Numbered from the stretch's first letter, positions 14,499-26,422 are shown. The stretch: DNA of 64,000 nucleotides from Gnetum montanum (GCA_015680685.1 MNCI01001880.1:67212-131211); one strand, 5' to 3'. The notes: generated from the sequence alone by a model not told the origin. Numbers and translations: made by a program.

Positions 14499-14506
14499 TA
14501 TAAATA
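14499..14506 (+). promoter_or_regulatory. TATA box of the antisense gene inside element B
   Basis: GGGTATAAATAGGGG about 70 bp upstream of putative exon 1, preceded by GGGATGTTCC-type repeats (14370-14470). Confidence 0.55.
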
Positions 14507-14569
14507 GGGGTTTACCCATGGTAAACCTATCATTTTCCCCATTAGAGCTAATAGTCTTTTGAGCGTAGT

Positions 14570-17500
14570 GTGGCCAAACCAAAGCGTATCATCCATAGAG
14601 GATGATAGCAAAAGAGTAGAAGCTTGACAACAAGGAAATAGAGTGTAGGAGTGAGTGTAGACACCCCAACCTTGCCAACATCAATGAGGGTGAGCGCACC
14701 CTGCAGTGTCTCCCTAGGGCATGCATTGAAGAGTATCAAGAGGCACCATCTGCTAGGTATGCCATCACATCCTATCCTCATGATTTCTTCCTTCATGTGA
14801 TAGTGCTTTGAAGTCTTAGGGTTTTGGGGCATCCTACCATGCATAGGGACTGTGGCTGCTATTGTTGTCATGGATGTTGCTGCCACTATCGTAGCTATAC
14901 TATGGCCATTTTCATGACTAGGAAGGGCATGTGCATCATGGGTCTTGCTTTTTTTTTGTTTCTTTTATTTTGAGAGTTTGATAGCGTCTTGTGTTGCAGC
15001 ACCAGGCGAGGGTTTCGTCACAGGCTTCTAGGTGTTAAGCACCATAGGATGGGGGAAGGTTATCGTTGCATCCCACATGACAAGATAGGGCAAGGATTTC
15101 ATTATGTCCCATGTGATGAGATGGGGCCATGGTTTTAAACATATTTCTTAGCATAGCGGCATGTAGGGCATTTCAGGAGCTCTGCATCCCATGTCACATA
15201 ACAGGGTTTTTTTTGTGTGTGTCCTGCACAGTGGGGTGGATTGTAAACGTCTAGGGTGTTCCTAAGAGCATATCCCAAAAGTTAGAAATTTCTTTTTGGA
15301 ATTGCTACATTCTAAATTTAGAGAGTTTTACATTTCAGTGTTGTCATGCTCTATGGGAGCATGACCGACACTTTGAAGTTTTTGTAATCTAGCATTGTCA
15401 TGCTCCATAAGAGGGTGACCAAGACTTGGAGAAAATTTTTCAAATTTTGTACCACTATCATGCTCCCTGGGAGCATGAAAAGTTGAAAAATTTATGCAAC
15501 TTTTTTTGTTGGATTGTGTAGTTGTCACACTCCATGGGAGCATGACTGACAGTTAGAAAATTTTTGCACTTCTTAACTAGTTCTCCCATAGTCGTCATGC
15601 TCCCTAGGAGCATGACGAATACTTGGAAAAATTTTGTGCAAAAAAGTGTTATTCTCTACAGACGTGTAACCAGTAGTTACAGAAATTTTGTTAAAAAAAG
15701 TATTACTCTTAGCGGAAGAATGAGAAACACTTAGAAAAATTTTGTATAAAAAAGTGTTACACTCTGCGGAAGCATAACAAACACTTAGAAAAATTTTCAA
15801 AATTTTTTGTTTACTATTCCGTGCACTGTTTATCTATTACCTTTATTATTTTATTGCCCTTTTTATGATACTAACATTTTAATTTTTGTAATGTTGCAAG
15901 GTCTTGTTGAAACCTACCCTAGTAGTGATTGAAGTAGTTGGGATCTTGTGCTGTATGAGAAAACGTGTTCCTAATGTCCCTGCTCTTCATGCATGCATAG
16001 GATGTTAGGCGATCTAGTTTTAGGAGGGTGCAGAGGCATTTTTGAAGTTCCTACTTCGCAACTTCAGTGTGATGATGTGGTCACACTTGTTTGCTGAAAT
16101 ATCAGGTATCCTAGTTGAAGCGTTATTACCTAGGGAAAACTGAGGCATCTTAAAATTTACATTAGATGAACCTGCTGAAAGAAAAATGGAAAGGAGCTTA
16201 ATTTAGCACCCAAAAGGTCTCAGACCCTTATCTTAGATGTTGGATATGCCAGAGTTCAAGTGCTACCATAAATACAACACTTTGTTCGTTTCCTACCATG
16301 TGGGCATAGCCTTCCAGAACCCACTTGAAACCATCTACTGTGTTGGAGGGTGAGTCCTATTGTGCTGATGGAAATTTTGTTTTGATTTTTTTGTATAACT
16401 TGGAATGCTTATTGCCTTTTTATCTATCACTAGATTCTTGATCGATAAAGATGCCTATCATGATAGAGAAGGGGCATTAACCCTAGTCCAAACAACCCTA
16501 CAAGAGTTCTCATCTGCTGAGAATATGTGTGCTATTTTCATAGGGAAACTTGGGATGAATATGTGAACTTATCCAACCAAGTACACCAAATCCTATGTGA
16601 TTTGTAGGGATCTCAGGTGGTTAGATGGTGAGTGGACATCCCGCTAGATACCCATTATGGAGGAAGTTTTAGTTCAAGTACTGTCATTCCCCACACCATA
16701 TGTGCCAGGTAAGTTGTCACCCATTATTTTTATTATTTTTGCACTCTTTTTATGTTCCCATCATGTTGTTGACTCTATTTTCTATTTACTACAATCACAA
16801 TCAAGTCTAGTGAGGTCACAGTGATTATCTCAGGATGCACTAAGGAAAATCTTCATTTTAGGTATGGGAAAGTTGATGGCCTGCAGCATTGTTTATGCCA
16901 CAAGGCCCCAAAAAGAATTACACAAAATGTTGAATAGGCTAGGCTCATGGACCTCTATTTGGCCATGAACCCAAGCATCCTGATAGCAAAAATGATTTCC
17001 CTTGTTAACTCTTTCATGGAAAGCACTGATTACTTATGCATGCAAGTTCACAGCGTGTGGGTGGTTTTGGAGATCACAAATGATCTCTTTGTAGATCTCT
17101 TTGGTGTCCTCTTTGAAGGTTTACCTATAGGTGAAAAAACTAACAAAGACCTAAACTAGAGAGGGGGCATAGAGGAATGGCTAGAAACCAAGAAAAGCCA
17201 CAAGGGCATCCCCATGAAGCAAGTGAAACTAGTGATGGCCCAACACATCTATCTCATATTTTAGGCTCATGCATTTCCCAAGATGCTTCCCCAAGGAAAG
17301 ATTCTTAGGGTAGAGCAGGCTTGGGTTATGAGAGATGTGGTGGAGGAAGGGACATGATATAATTGGTCCAAATGCCTTGTTGAGTGCCTGTGAGCTGAAA
17401 TCATCAAACTTCGTGGCAACCTCGAAGCACATTCTCATGTACATTTTGCCTTTTTTATAGCATGCTTATGCAGGTTCATGAAATTTTTGGTGGTTCATGA

Positions 17501-19454
17501 AAATGGGATATAGATGATGCAAGATCACACCCAAATATCCAAGCCATGGATCAGCCATCCATTCTGCACAACATGGTCACAGGACCCCCCAGAGGCCATT
17601 GGCAAGTCTTTTTCAATAACCACCAAGGACCAAGCGGGACCATCCTACTTTATGCCTAATAGTACTGACAAGGCTCTTCCCATGAACATAGGCAATGCAG
17701 TGAGAGGGGCGCAACTCATTGCTGAGATAGTGCAATCAAAGCTACAAACTACAAATCGAGAAGCCTCACCCTACAGAAGTGCCCATGCGTGAAATTGAAG
17801 AAATGGGCAAAAAACTATCTTAGAGTAAACAATGCGCAGTCGGAGTTTGTTGCTAAATGTACATTATTTAGTAGATTCAATTTTCTTTTATATATATGTA
17901 CTTTAGGAAGATGTTTGAAGTTTGATTTATGCAACATAGGTGAGGAGGAGGTTGCTGTCGTGGAAGAGGATCCCTTAGGAGAAGAGGAGCCCTTAGTAGA
18001 CGATGTCCCTCAACCTGAGGGATACATAACTAATGAAGACACTGCCAAAATATTAAGGTAGCTTGAAGAATAAGGGCTGCAATTCAAGAATGGTGAGTTT
18101 GACCATTTTCTTAAAGGCATGTAGATGGGCGATCCCCCAGCTGTCACCCCTATGTGTTTGCTGGGTAGGAGCTTTGCACTACCATTTTCATTATGATCTT
18201 GCTTTCCCTCTTCTATCTAATCCTTTTTTTTCTCTTTTTTTTCTTTTTTTATTTTTCCTTTAATGATGCTAACATGCTTTATCCTGCAATGGGTGATGCT
18301 TCCGCTAAAGGTTCTAAATCTTCATACACTTTCTGCTCACAACCGTGGGTAGAAATCCCAAACAAATTTACCTTTATGCAAGGCATAGTGGATGATATGA
18401 TTGATCGTTTAAAGAAAATAGATCTTGAGATAGGTATATTTGGATTTTTCCATTTTTTTTATTTTTTTGCACCTTTTTCTTATAACTAACATTTCCTCTC
18501 TTTGGTGTAATAGCCTCATGTCTTAAATGGGACCCACAAAGAGCTATTGAAGTTGACATTGTACCTGAGCTCTCTCCTAAAGTAGAAAAGGCATTCTATG
18601 ATATATACAATGAGGTAAGTAAATGCACACTACACTCAGCATGATCACTATGGGAGTGTAGGCATGTAAACGAAGACCTCTACAAACAAGTACAAAAGAT
18701 CAAAAAATAGAAGGTGAGCTAGGTAGCTGAACTGGAAGACCTGTGATAGTGGTATGACTTCATGATGGCCTGCAATAAACTAGAAGGTAGCTAGCATATG
18801 GTTGTAATTGACTACGCTATATATCGGTTAGCCATTAGGCGCAAAAATGAGGCTATGTGTGAAGTTATTGAGCAATACCTGCAAATAGACCTCTTGGCTC
18901 AAAAGAACCAAGACTAGAAAGATTATAGTGCTAAGATGTATGAGTGGGGGCAAACTAAAAAGAACCACAAGTATCAGTATAAAATGGAACACGTAGCCTA
19001 TCACCAGTAGCAATTTGTTCCTTGATGCTATCGGTGCAACATAGGCTTATGATAGGTTTTCCAAACACTTGGTGGTTAGTGAGTCCTCTAAAAGGGAAAT
19101 TACTATGCCTTTCAGAGAATTTACATCTGCTACCTTCTCTCCAGGCCCACCTATATGGATGGATGTGGAGAAGGGGAAGACCCTAGTAGGTGTTGACTTA
19201 GAAGAGAAGGATTTGGCAAATATGACAGAGGAAGAAATCCTCCAATGCTTGGAGTCTGGCCTCAATAGGATGCCCTTAGACATAGACATAGGTCCATCTT
19301 AGGTTGGTTAAAGTTTCTTTATATTGCTATGTATTTTTAGACATTATCCTTTTTATTGACTAATGTATCATTTTATTTTCATTTTGTATAGGATCTAGGT
19401 GGCAATGCAAGACCTAGCAAAGCAACAAATGAAGATGAAGGGGAAGAGCCTTAG
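14570..19454 (+). pseudogene. Antisense 8-exon accessory gene of element B (~1000 codons; PMD/plant-transposon-protein-like core, acidic linker, coiled coil), decayed by point mutation
   Basis: Exons at ~14570-14756, 15900-16349, 16434-16708, 16795-17844, 17940-18092, 18290-18433, 18514-19302 and 19392-19454. Introns have GT donors, T-rich tracts, and AG acceptors (three decayed CAG>CAA); CTAAC branch motifs are seen in three. Intron phases are compatible and exons 2-8 read in one frame with only transition-type stops. Confidence 0.85.
15300..15800. repeat. ~55-65 bp tandem array in intron 1 of the antisense gene
   Basis: Repeated TCATGCTCC..GGGAGCATGA and ACACTTAGAAAAATTTT units. Confidence 0.8.
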
Positions 19455-19704
19455 CTTCCCATTAATACATTAAAATGTTTAAGATGTAGCCCTATTGTTG
19501 GGAAATTTTGTGTTGTTATATATATATATATATATATATGGGGATGTATTCCTGGACTATGTATTCTATTTACAATTTAATGAAAAGCATGATAGTTATT
19601 TTATTTATGTATTGATATCTAGCATCGTTATTTCAAATTATATTTTAGTTAATCTCCCTTTAGAATTTTCTATTATATATATATATATTGATGAAATTAG
19701 GCCC

Positions 19705-20072
19705 TTTTTGGGCCTCCATATGCTAGTTTAAGGCCATTTCGGGCCATACTTCCTATGACAGAAAGTTGATTGCCAGTTTTAGGCCTTGGTCGGGCATGCA
19801 ATAGTTTGAAGCCATTTTAGGCCATGGTATAGTTTAAGGCCATTTTGAGCCCCATACTATAGCTTAAAGCCATTTTGAGCCATTGGTAGTTTAAGGCCAT
19901 TTTAGGCCGTGGTGTAGCTTAAGGCCATTTTGAGCCCTCACTACCTATAAGAGAGAGTTGGTTGCTAGTTTTAGGCCTTGATGGGCCATATGATAGTTTA
20001 AGACCATTCTAGGCCATGCTATAGTTTAAGGCCATTTTGGGCCATACTATAGTTTAAGGCCATTTCAGGCTA
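19705..20072. repeat. ~28-31 bp tandem array between the 3' ends of gag-protease and the antisense gene
   Basis: About 11 units of AGTTTAAGGCCATTTT(G/A)GGCC. Confidence 0.9.
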
Positions 20073-20229
20073 TACTTCTTTCTTCCCTTTTTCTTGCTTT
20101 TGTTTGTTTTTTTGTTTTTTGAAATAAAAGCATAACTAATACAAAGAGCAAACATAACACAAATTGCAACTATATCGACAAAAGAACTAAAGACAACTCA
20201 AGGGAACAAGTAAATTAGGGACATGCCCT

Positions 20230-23200
20230 AATCATGTAGATGTTTCCTAACTTGATGTGGGTTAGGTGATGCATAAGGGTTGAGGGACTCAAGGCAATAC
20301 TCTTCTAGGCTATCATCTACCATTGAAAAGGTAATTATGCCCATAGAGCTTCTTCATGGAGATCATTTGTTTTGATCTATTCACTTGTCAAAAAACATTG
20401 GCTTTCATTACCAATAGGTGGTGCATTTTCAGGGACTTCGATCTCTAACCATTGCTCAGTGTCTATGTTGTTGATAGCCTAAGGGGCTATGTCATCACTA
20501 AAGATTACCACTTCTCCACCCACATAAGGTAGGTGGATCTCTTGGTGAATTGGTGAAGTGATAGTCCTTAAATGGGCTAACCAGGATCTTCCCAAGATTA
20601 AATTGAACCTAGGCATGTCCTCAACCATGATGAATTATGCATTAGTGAGGAATTGGTCCCCTGCAATGAAATCAATGGTGATTGTTCCCTTGACCATGAT
20701 GCATGCCCCATTGAAGGACTTTAAACAAGTTGTTGTTGTTGGCCTGATTTGATCCACCAAGCCAATCTTGTCAATGATAGGGAATGGGATAACATTGATT
20801 ATGGCCCCATCATCAACATGCATCCTACGAATCCTATACTAACCCACAAAAATTGTTATGAACATGGGGGTAGTAGTTACTTGTCCCTTTTTGAGGTTAG
20901 ATTTAATGTCTTCATCATGAAAAGTTAAGAGTGTTGGAAGTGGTTCTTCAATTGAGGGTGGAATAATTACGACATGAATGGCTTTTTCTTCTACTAGCAT
21001 GTCTTCTTTAACAAGAATAAATGCCAACATGTGAATTAAAGCCTCACAATGCACAAAAGAAGTCATAACTAGGTTGTACAAGCTCAAGGTTGTATTCTCC
21101 TATTTTAGAACATGCTTGACCTATGTGAGCACATCTAGAAAATCTTGTCCACCATCCTATTGCTTGGTGGTCTTTATTTCCTCCACACACCCTAAGAGAT
21201 AGATTTTCTGAGGAGGAGACTTGGATTTTTGTTGGGTAATGGGCTTTTGAGCCTTAGTGGTTGGTTGTTGCACATGTGTGTCTATGCTGGTGAATTTGGG
21301 TGATGGGGCCATGGGAACTGCTGACAAGGAGATGGGCCTAGGGGGGCCTATTTCAGTGCATTCCCTAGCCATCTTATTAGCTAGATTCTTGTCATGTTTC
21401 CTTAGGTGGAAAGGTTGCAATGTAGTCCCCACCACTAAACTCTGGGTAGATGGGGGGTTTGTACATTTTGGCAGCTTTATGAAAAATGGTGCTTAGGTTA
21501 TTGTTGCAACATGGTGCGGGACCCTAACCATGAAAGGTGTAACGGGTGCTTGAGGTGGTGCCTTAATGATGAAGGGGACCTGTGGCCTAGTTGACATCAA
21601 AGCTTCAACAACACTAGAAGGCACATGGACCACAAATGGTTCATGTGTTGCCTCTACGTTGTCATCAATGCTGATAGCATTAATGGTATATCCTGCACTA
21701 CTAGCATTCAATGGGTCTTATAGATGTTCATAAATTGGTTCTCTAGACATACATGATTGATTTTATCAAGGACCAACTTACCTTGATCAATCATGCATTG
21801 GATATCACCTTTCAGTGCGAAACAAGAATATGTGTCATGGCCTTGCAACTGATGATAGTTGCAAAACTAGTCCAGTCTAAAATTTTTGGGCATCAGAGGC
21901 TCATTGGGCATAGCTATAGAGGGGTCTCGAATGATCTCATAGTATCTCTTATGACATTTGTGGGAATCTTTTGACATTTGCTTATGCTGAATATGCCTAG
22001 CACTCAGTAGTTGATCCAAAAGCTCTAATGGCTTGATGAACAAAGGAGTATATTTTGAATGATCCTTGAACTCAAAGTTTGACCTTGGTGGAGCTTGCCC
22101 TATGGTTTTTGACAATGTAGGTTGATTGGTTCTTGCATTACTAGAGCTTGATGTTTTGTTGGTAGTGGTTACGGGCTTAGGTGCCTTAGCAGCCTATTTG
22201 TTGTTGTTGGGCTTGGCTTCGTTAGCATAGCTGCCATAGTGGTTTTCGTGGCTTTTCCATTTTCTTTATCTTTCTTTGCATGTGCATTCTTGTAAGCTAT
22301 GTAAGCTGGGTTGTTGCTAGCCTCTACTGCATCCTGTATGCTCTTTGTTTGAGCAAAGGCTTGGCTAAGGGAGTGCAAGGCTAAATAATATAGCTTGGAT
22401 TTAATGAAATCATTTATGGAATCTTTAAGAATGGCTAGCAAGTGGGTTTTAGAAATGGGCTCATGAATCTCATTTAGAGAGGCACTCCAACGTTGTATGA
22501 ATTTTTGCACAGGTTCTAGTGCTACTTGCTTAACATTCATGAGTTGGTCTAATGTGGCTTCTAGATTCAAGTTGTACTTGATGTGGGTTACAAAATAACT
22601 TAGTGACTCCTCCAGAGTTAAAATGGAAGTGCAAGGAAGCATGTGATACTAATCTAAGGCTTTGCTAGTTAGAGACATGGCGAAGACAAGAATGAACACA
22701 TGTGGCCATGGTTGCAATAACAAAGACTTGGAACAAAAAATGACTAGGTGGGCATTTGGATCACCTTCTTCATTGCATTTCATAAATTTGGGTAGCTAGA
22801 TTCTAGGAGGCAATGTAAGTGGAGGAACGATGGGGCTAATAGGATCATCCTAATAGAAGTCCATTACATGGACTATTTTGGAGCCAATGGCTTTAAGCTA
22901 CTTGACCTAATTAGTGAGTGTTTCGATGAGCTAGAATGCTTAATCGAGGATTGAGGATGTTGCAGAGGGTTGCATTAGTTCTACCATTGGTGATGCCATC
23001 AGAGTAGCTACCATCAGTGGTGCTGTCAGTACAGCTACCAGCCCTGTTGGGGGTGCTATCGGAGCAACTCCCATTGGTGGTGCCATTAGGAAAAATCCCA
23101 CTAATGGTGCCATTGGAGCAAAGTACTAGCCCTATTGGTGGCACTATCAGAATAGCCCATAGCCCTGTAGGTGGTTCCATTGGAGTGGCTACTAGCCCCA

Positions 23201-24141
23201 TTAGGGGGGGCTATCAAAGTGGCTCCCAGTCTTGTTGGTGGTGCTAGTGGAGCAACCCATAGCCCTATAGTTGGTTGTGCCATATGTGATTCTTGATAAT
23301 TTTTTGGTTGCAAATAGGGTAGCATTTGGGATAATTGAACAGTAGGGAAGGATGTTGTTTCCCACCATGAAGTTGAGGTTGGATCTATTGTTGGTGGTGG
23401 GACTGACATAGAAGGGATAATGAAAACATGGCTTATTTGTGGCTACGATGTCGGCATAGTATGCAAATTTGGCAACATTAGCATCATAGATACTAACTAC
23501 GATAAGTGAGTATATTGCAAGGGAGTAATAATGGGAAAAGAGGCAAAAGGCCCTACATTTTACTATGTTGTCAGCATTTGGTGGCTACCTACCATCGGTG
23601 AAGGTTTGGGATGTAACAGTGTTGTAGTCATCACAAAGGAGGTAGAAGAATATGATTGGTGTGATTAGAACATAGAGGTAGATGGTGGGGTTGAGGCATA
23701 GCATGGGACACCACATTTGGAATAGGATTCAAACTCCTCCTACCCATCTTGGAGGGGCTCATCATAGTGGGATGTCACATCTAGCTCTCTTGGGCCACTC
23801 ATCTGGATATGTTGGTCCAAAATACATTGGAAAGTTTTAGTGAGTGATATAACTACATCAGGTGTGAGAAGGAACTCTTGCCTATTTCAGTGGATAATTT
23901 CAAAACTATGCTTTTCTTTTATTTCTTGGTGGTCCAATGATAGGCCCATCTGCATCTTTGCACACAGAAAGTTGTATCGTTCTTCATCAAGTGCCATGTG
24001 TTCAAGAAATTGGTGTCACTATCTAAGAGACTACCATTGTGGTTGCATCAGGCTATGTGATAGCTCAATGTCCACCACATGTTGAATAGTGTGGGCCACC
24101 TTCAGGCTCAGGGTAGTAGTCGAGGTGTTAACAGGGTTCAT
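20230..24141 (-). pseudogene. Element B gag-protease (decayed)
   Basis: Pro-rich 36-nt repeats (22980-23270), PKF..NEEGDPNAHL gag motif (~22790), knuckle CNYHQLQGHDTYSC (~21860), protease HVDDGAIINVIP (~20820) and FNLILGRSWL. Homologous to the element E ORF. Confidence 0.85.
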
Positions 24142-24597
24142 TTTCACTGTGTCAAAAAAGACATAAGAAGAAGAGAAACTTACAAGAAATGTTGAAATCT
24201 AGTAAATTTTAAGCTAAAATTGTTAAATACACAAGTTGTAAAGAAAACAAGTCAAAAATGGCTAAGTTTAAAAATGTTGAAAAAATGGTTATCTCTACTA
24301 TTACGCTCATCATGCTCTATGGGACTATCACGTTGATAGTGTTATCACACTTGATAGAACACTTAGAGCTTGATGAAATGGATAGTTTTGGGCTTCCTGT
24401 CCTATGGGGTTCTAGAGGAACTATCAACTAGGACTAATTTGCATTGACTAGAATGTAGAAAACTCCTACACTGGCCCATGATCCAGCTACTATCATGGTA
24501 GATCCACAAGGGTGTTATGTCTATGCTAGCCTGGTGCTAGTGACAAGCATACAAAAATCATGCGGAACTACCCATGGCACATAGAAGGAATAGGGAG

Positions 24598-24615
24598 GGC
24601 CTCCTTCTAGTGCCA
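24598..24615 (-). promoter_or_regulatory. Primer-binding site of element B (tRNA-Asn type)
   Basis: Minus strand reads TGGCACTAGAAGGAGGCC, a CpG-decayed TGGCGCTAGAAGGAGGG, complementary to the plant tRNA-Asn 3' end (...CCCTCCTTCTAGCG-CCA, recalled from memory). Confidence 0.75.
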
Positions 24616-24621
24616 AAAAAC

Positions 24622-26417
24622 TATGATGTCTGAAAATGTTAGTGGTTGGAACATTGAGAGGTCATTGAGCACACAGCCTAACCTCGAGCCTATGGGAGGG
24701 CTGTGCTAGAGAAAATGGAAATGGAGTGTTGTGAATGGTCTGGCCGATTAGAAAAGGACTTACAAGGTGGAATAATAACCATTTGTAAAAGCCTAAGAAT
24801 AGTATCATGAGTAAATAAAAATACATGTTAGCTATAGAAACCATAGGAAATTATGCTAAAATTTGAAACAAATGCTAAGCTCAAGTAAAGAAATGGACCA
24901 CTCCAAGATTGAGGAACATAGCTCTTGATTAAACAATGTGTAGAACTGGTATGTAGTGTTAGAAAGGCACAACAACGCAATTTGGAAATGTGTTCATAGT
25001 CTCTGGCATGTGGTGGATGTGGTGCTAGTAGCTACAAAAGGGGCTAGACCTATCGAGCTTACAGTTGTGACGTTGTGTGGGTGCTGGGTCACGGTGCTCA
25101 ACTATGGGAGTGATGAAGATGCTAAGAGTGCTCTAATGCTTGATTCTTAGAGTGATTTCACTGATCATCAATCAACCAACCACTAAAATGCTAATTATAG
25201 GGGTATTTATAGAGGTAGGGTTGATGGGAGATGTGGATTGAGTGCCACGTGGCTTGGGTCCCATGTAGCACGAATGTGAGCAAGTCACACTGATATGCTA
25301 TGCTCAAAGTGTCAAGCTCCAAGTTTCAAGCTCAACAGTGTCATGCTTTGTAGGATAGGAATGGGAATAGAGAATCCACCAAACTATGACCACACCACCC
25401 AAATTGCATGTGCCAAAGTATGAGGGATTGCAATGTACCTACAATCAATGCCAAAATAAATGCAACTTAGAGCCGACGCTTTGGGACTATGTCTTCCCCC
25501 TCTTCCAAGTAGGGTCAAGCATAGGGACAATTTTGGGAATCAATAGGGGGTGCAAAAGTAAAGCAAACTACTGATCTTGGTTGCCAAGGGGATGCCAAAG
25601 CTGAAATGAAGGTCAATGCCAAATTTTGGGAGCTTTTGGAGGCATTCAGAGGCATTTTCCAAGTGTCATACTATCTATACTGCAGAGCATAGTAGAGCAT
25701 AGCATGAATAGTTTAAATTTTTTTGCAGATTATGGCTTGTCACGCTATCTACGCTGTGTAGCGTAGCGGAGTGTAGCACCCACATTTTGGTGAATTTTGC
25801 CAAAATTTGCAATGTTTCTTCTTGGCACCCTAGGTGAAGTAGGACAAGTAGCCTCAGAAGTTAGAAAATTTTCAAATGCACCTTCCATATATAGATAGCT
25901 TGATAGAATTCTGGTCCAAAACTTAGAAAAATATAAGCCTTGAAACTTTTCCTACATTGTCTATAATATGCAGCGTAGTAGAGTGTAACAGGCCCAAAAG
26001 ATGGAAAATTTACCAAACTGTTTCTTCCATCTTGAGCACCTTTGAAACTCCTAGCCTAGCACTTGGATGGACTAGCAACCAGGACATGTGTTAAGCTGGG
26101 TAAACTGAAGAGCATAGCAAGCTTGAAAACTTGGGAGATAGAAAATTTTTTGAACTATTTAGTCCATCCTCAGTGCCCCTTTGATTGCTTCTAGCTTGTC
26201 ATTAGTGCAAACTAGCCTTGGAAACATGTGCTACACTGGTCGTGCTAGGGAGCATACCGGGTAGACTTAGAAAAATTTTGTGAAAATAGGACTCCTAGTA
26301 TGCTATGTTGTCTATGTTGCATAGTGTGACCCTAGACTTAGAAAAATTTCAGCCAAGTTTTGACACCTAGATAAATCTGTTGTTGAATCGCAGGAGCCCA
26401 AAAGTAGTGGTGTTTCA
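24622..26417 (-). repeat. 5' LTR of element B
   Basis: Collinear with 8356-10166 and adjacent to the PBS. Confidence 0.95.
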
Positions 26418-26422
26418 TTGAG

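Larger units (their letters stand above)
8356..26417 (-). mobile_element. Element B: 18-kb Tat (Ogre-like) Ty3/gypsy LTR retrotransposon with both LTRs and an internal RT-RNase H deletion
   Basis: Two ~1.8-kb direct LTRs, PBS, PPT, decayed TSD CTAAG/TTGAG, and Tat-type gag, protease, RT N-terminus and integrase. Confidence 0.95.

Noticed and set aside
19705-20072. Repeat-spacer-like arrays (also 11630-11975, 31184-31418 and 58644-59047) as CRISPR arrays
   Set aside because: They are degenerate tandem units without unique spacers, lie inside plant retrotransposons, and have no cas genes nearby.
8356-26417. Initial reading of element B as a naturally RT-less element
   Set aside because: The RT N-terminus is present at 13700-13410, so the remainder was lost by deletion.
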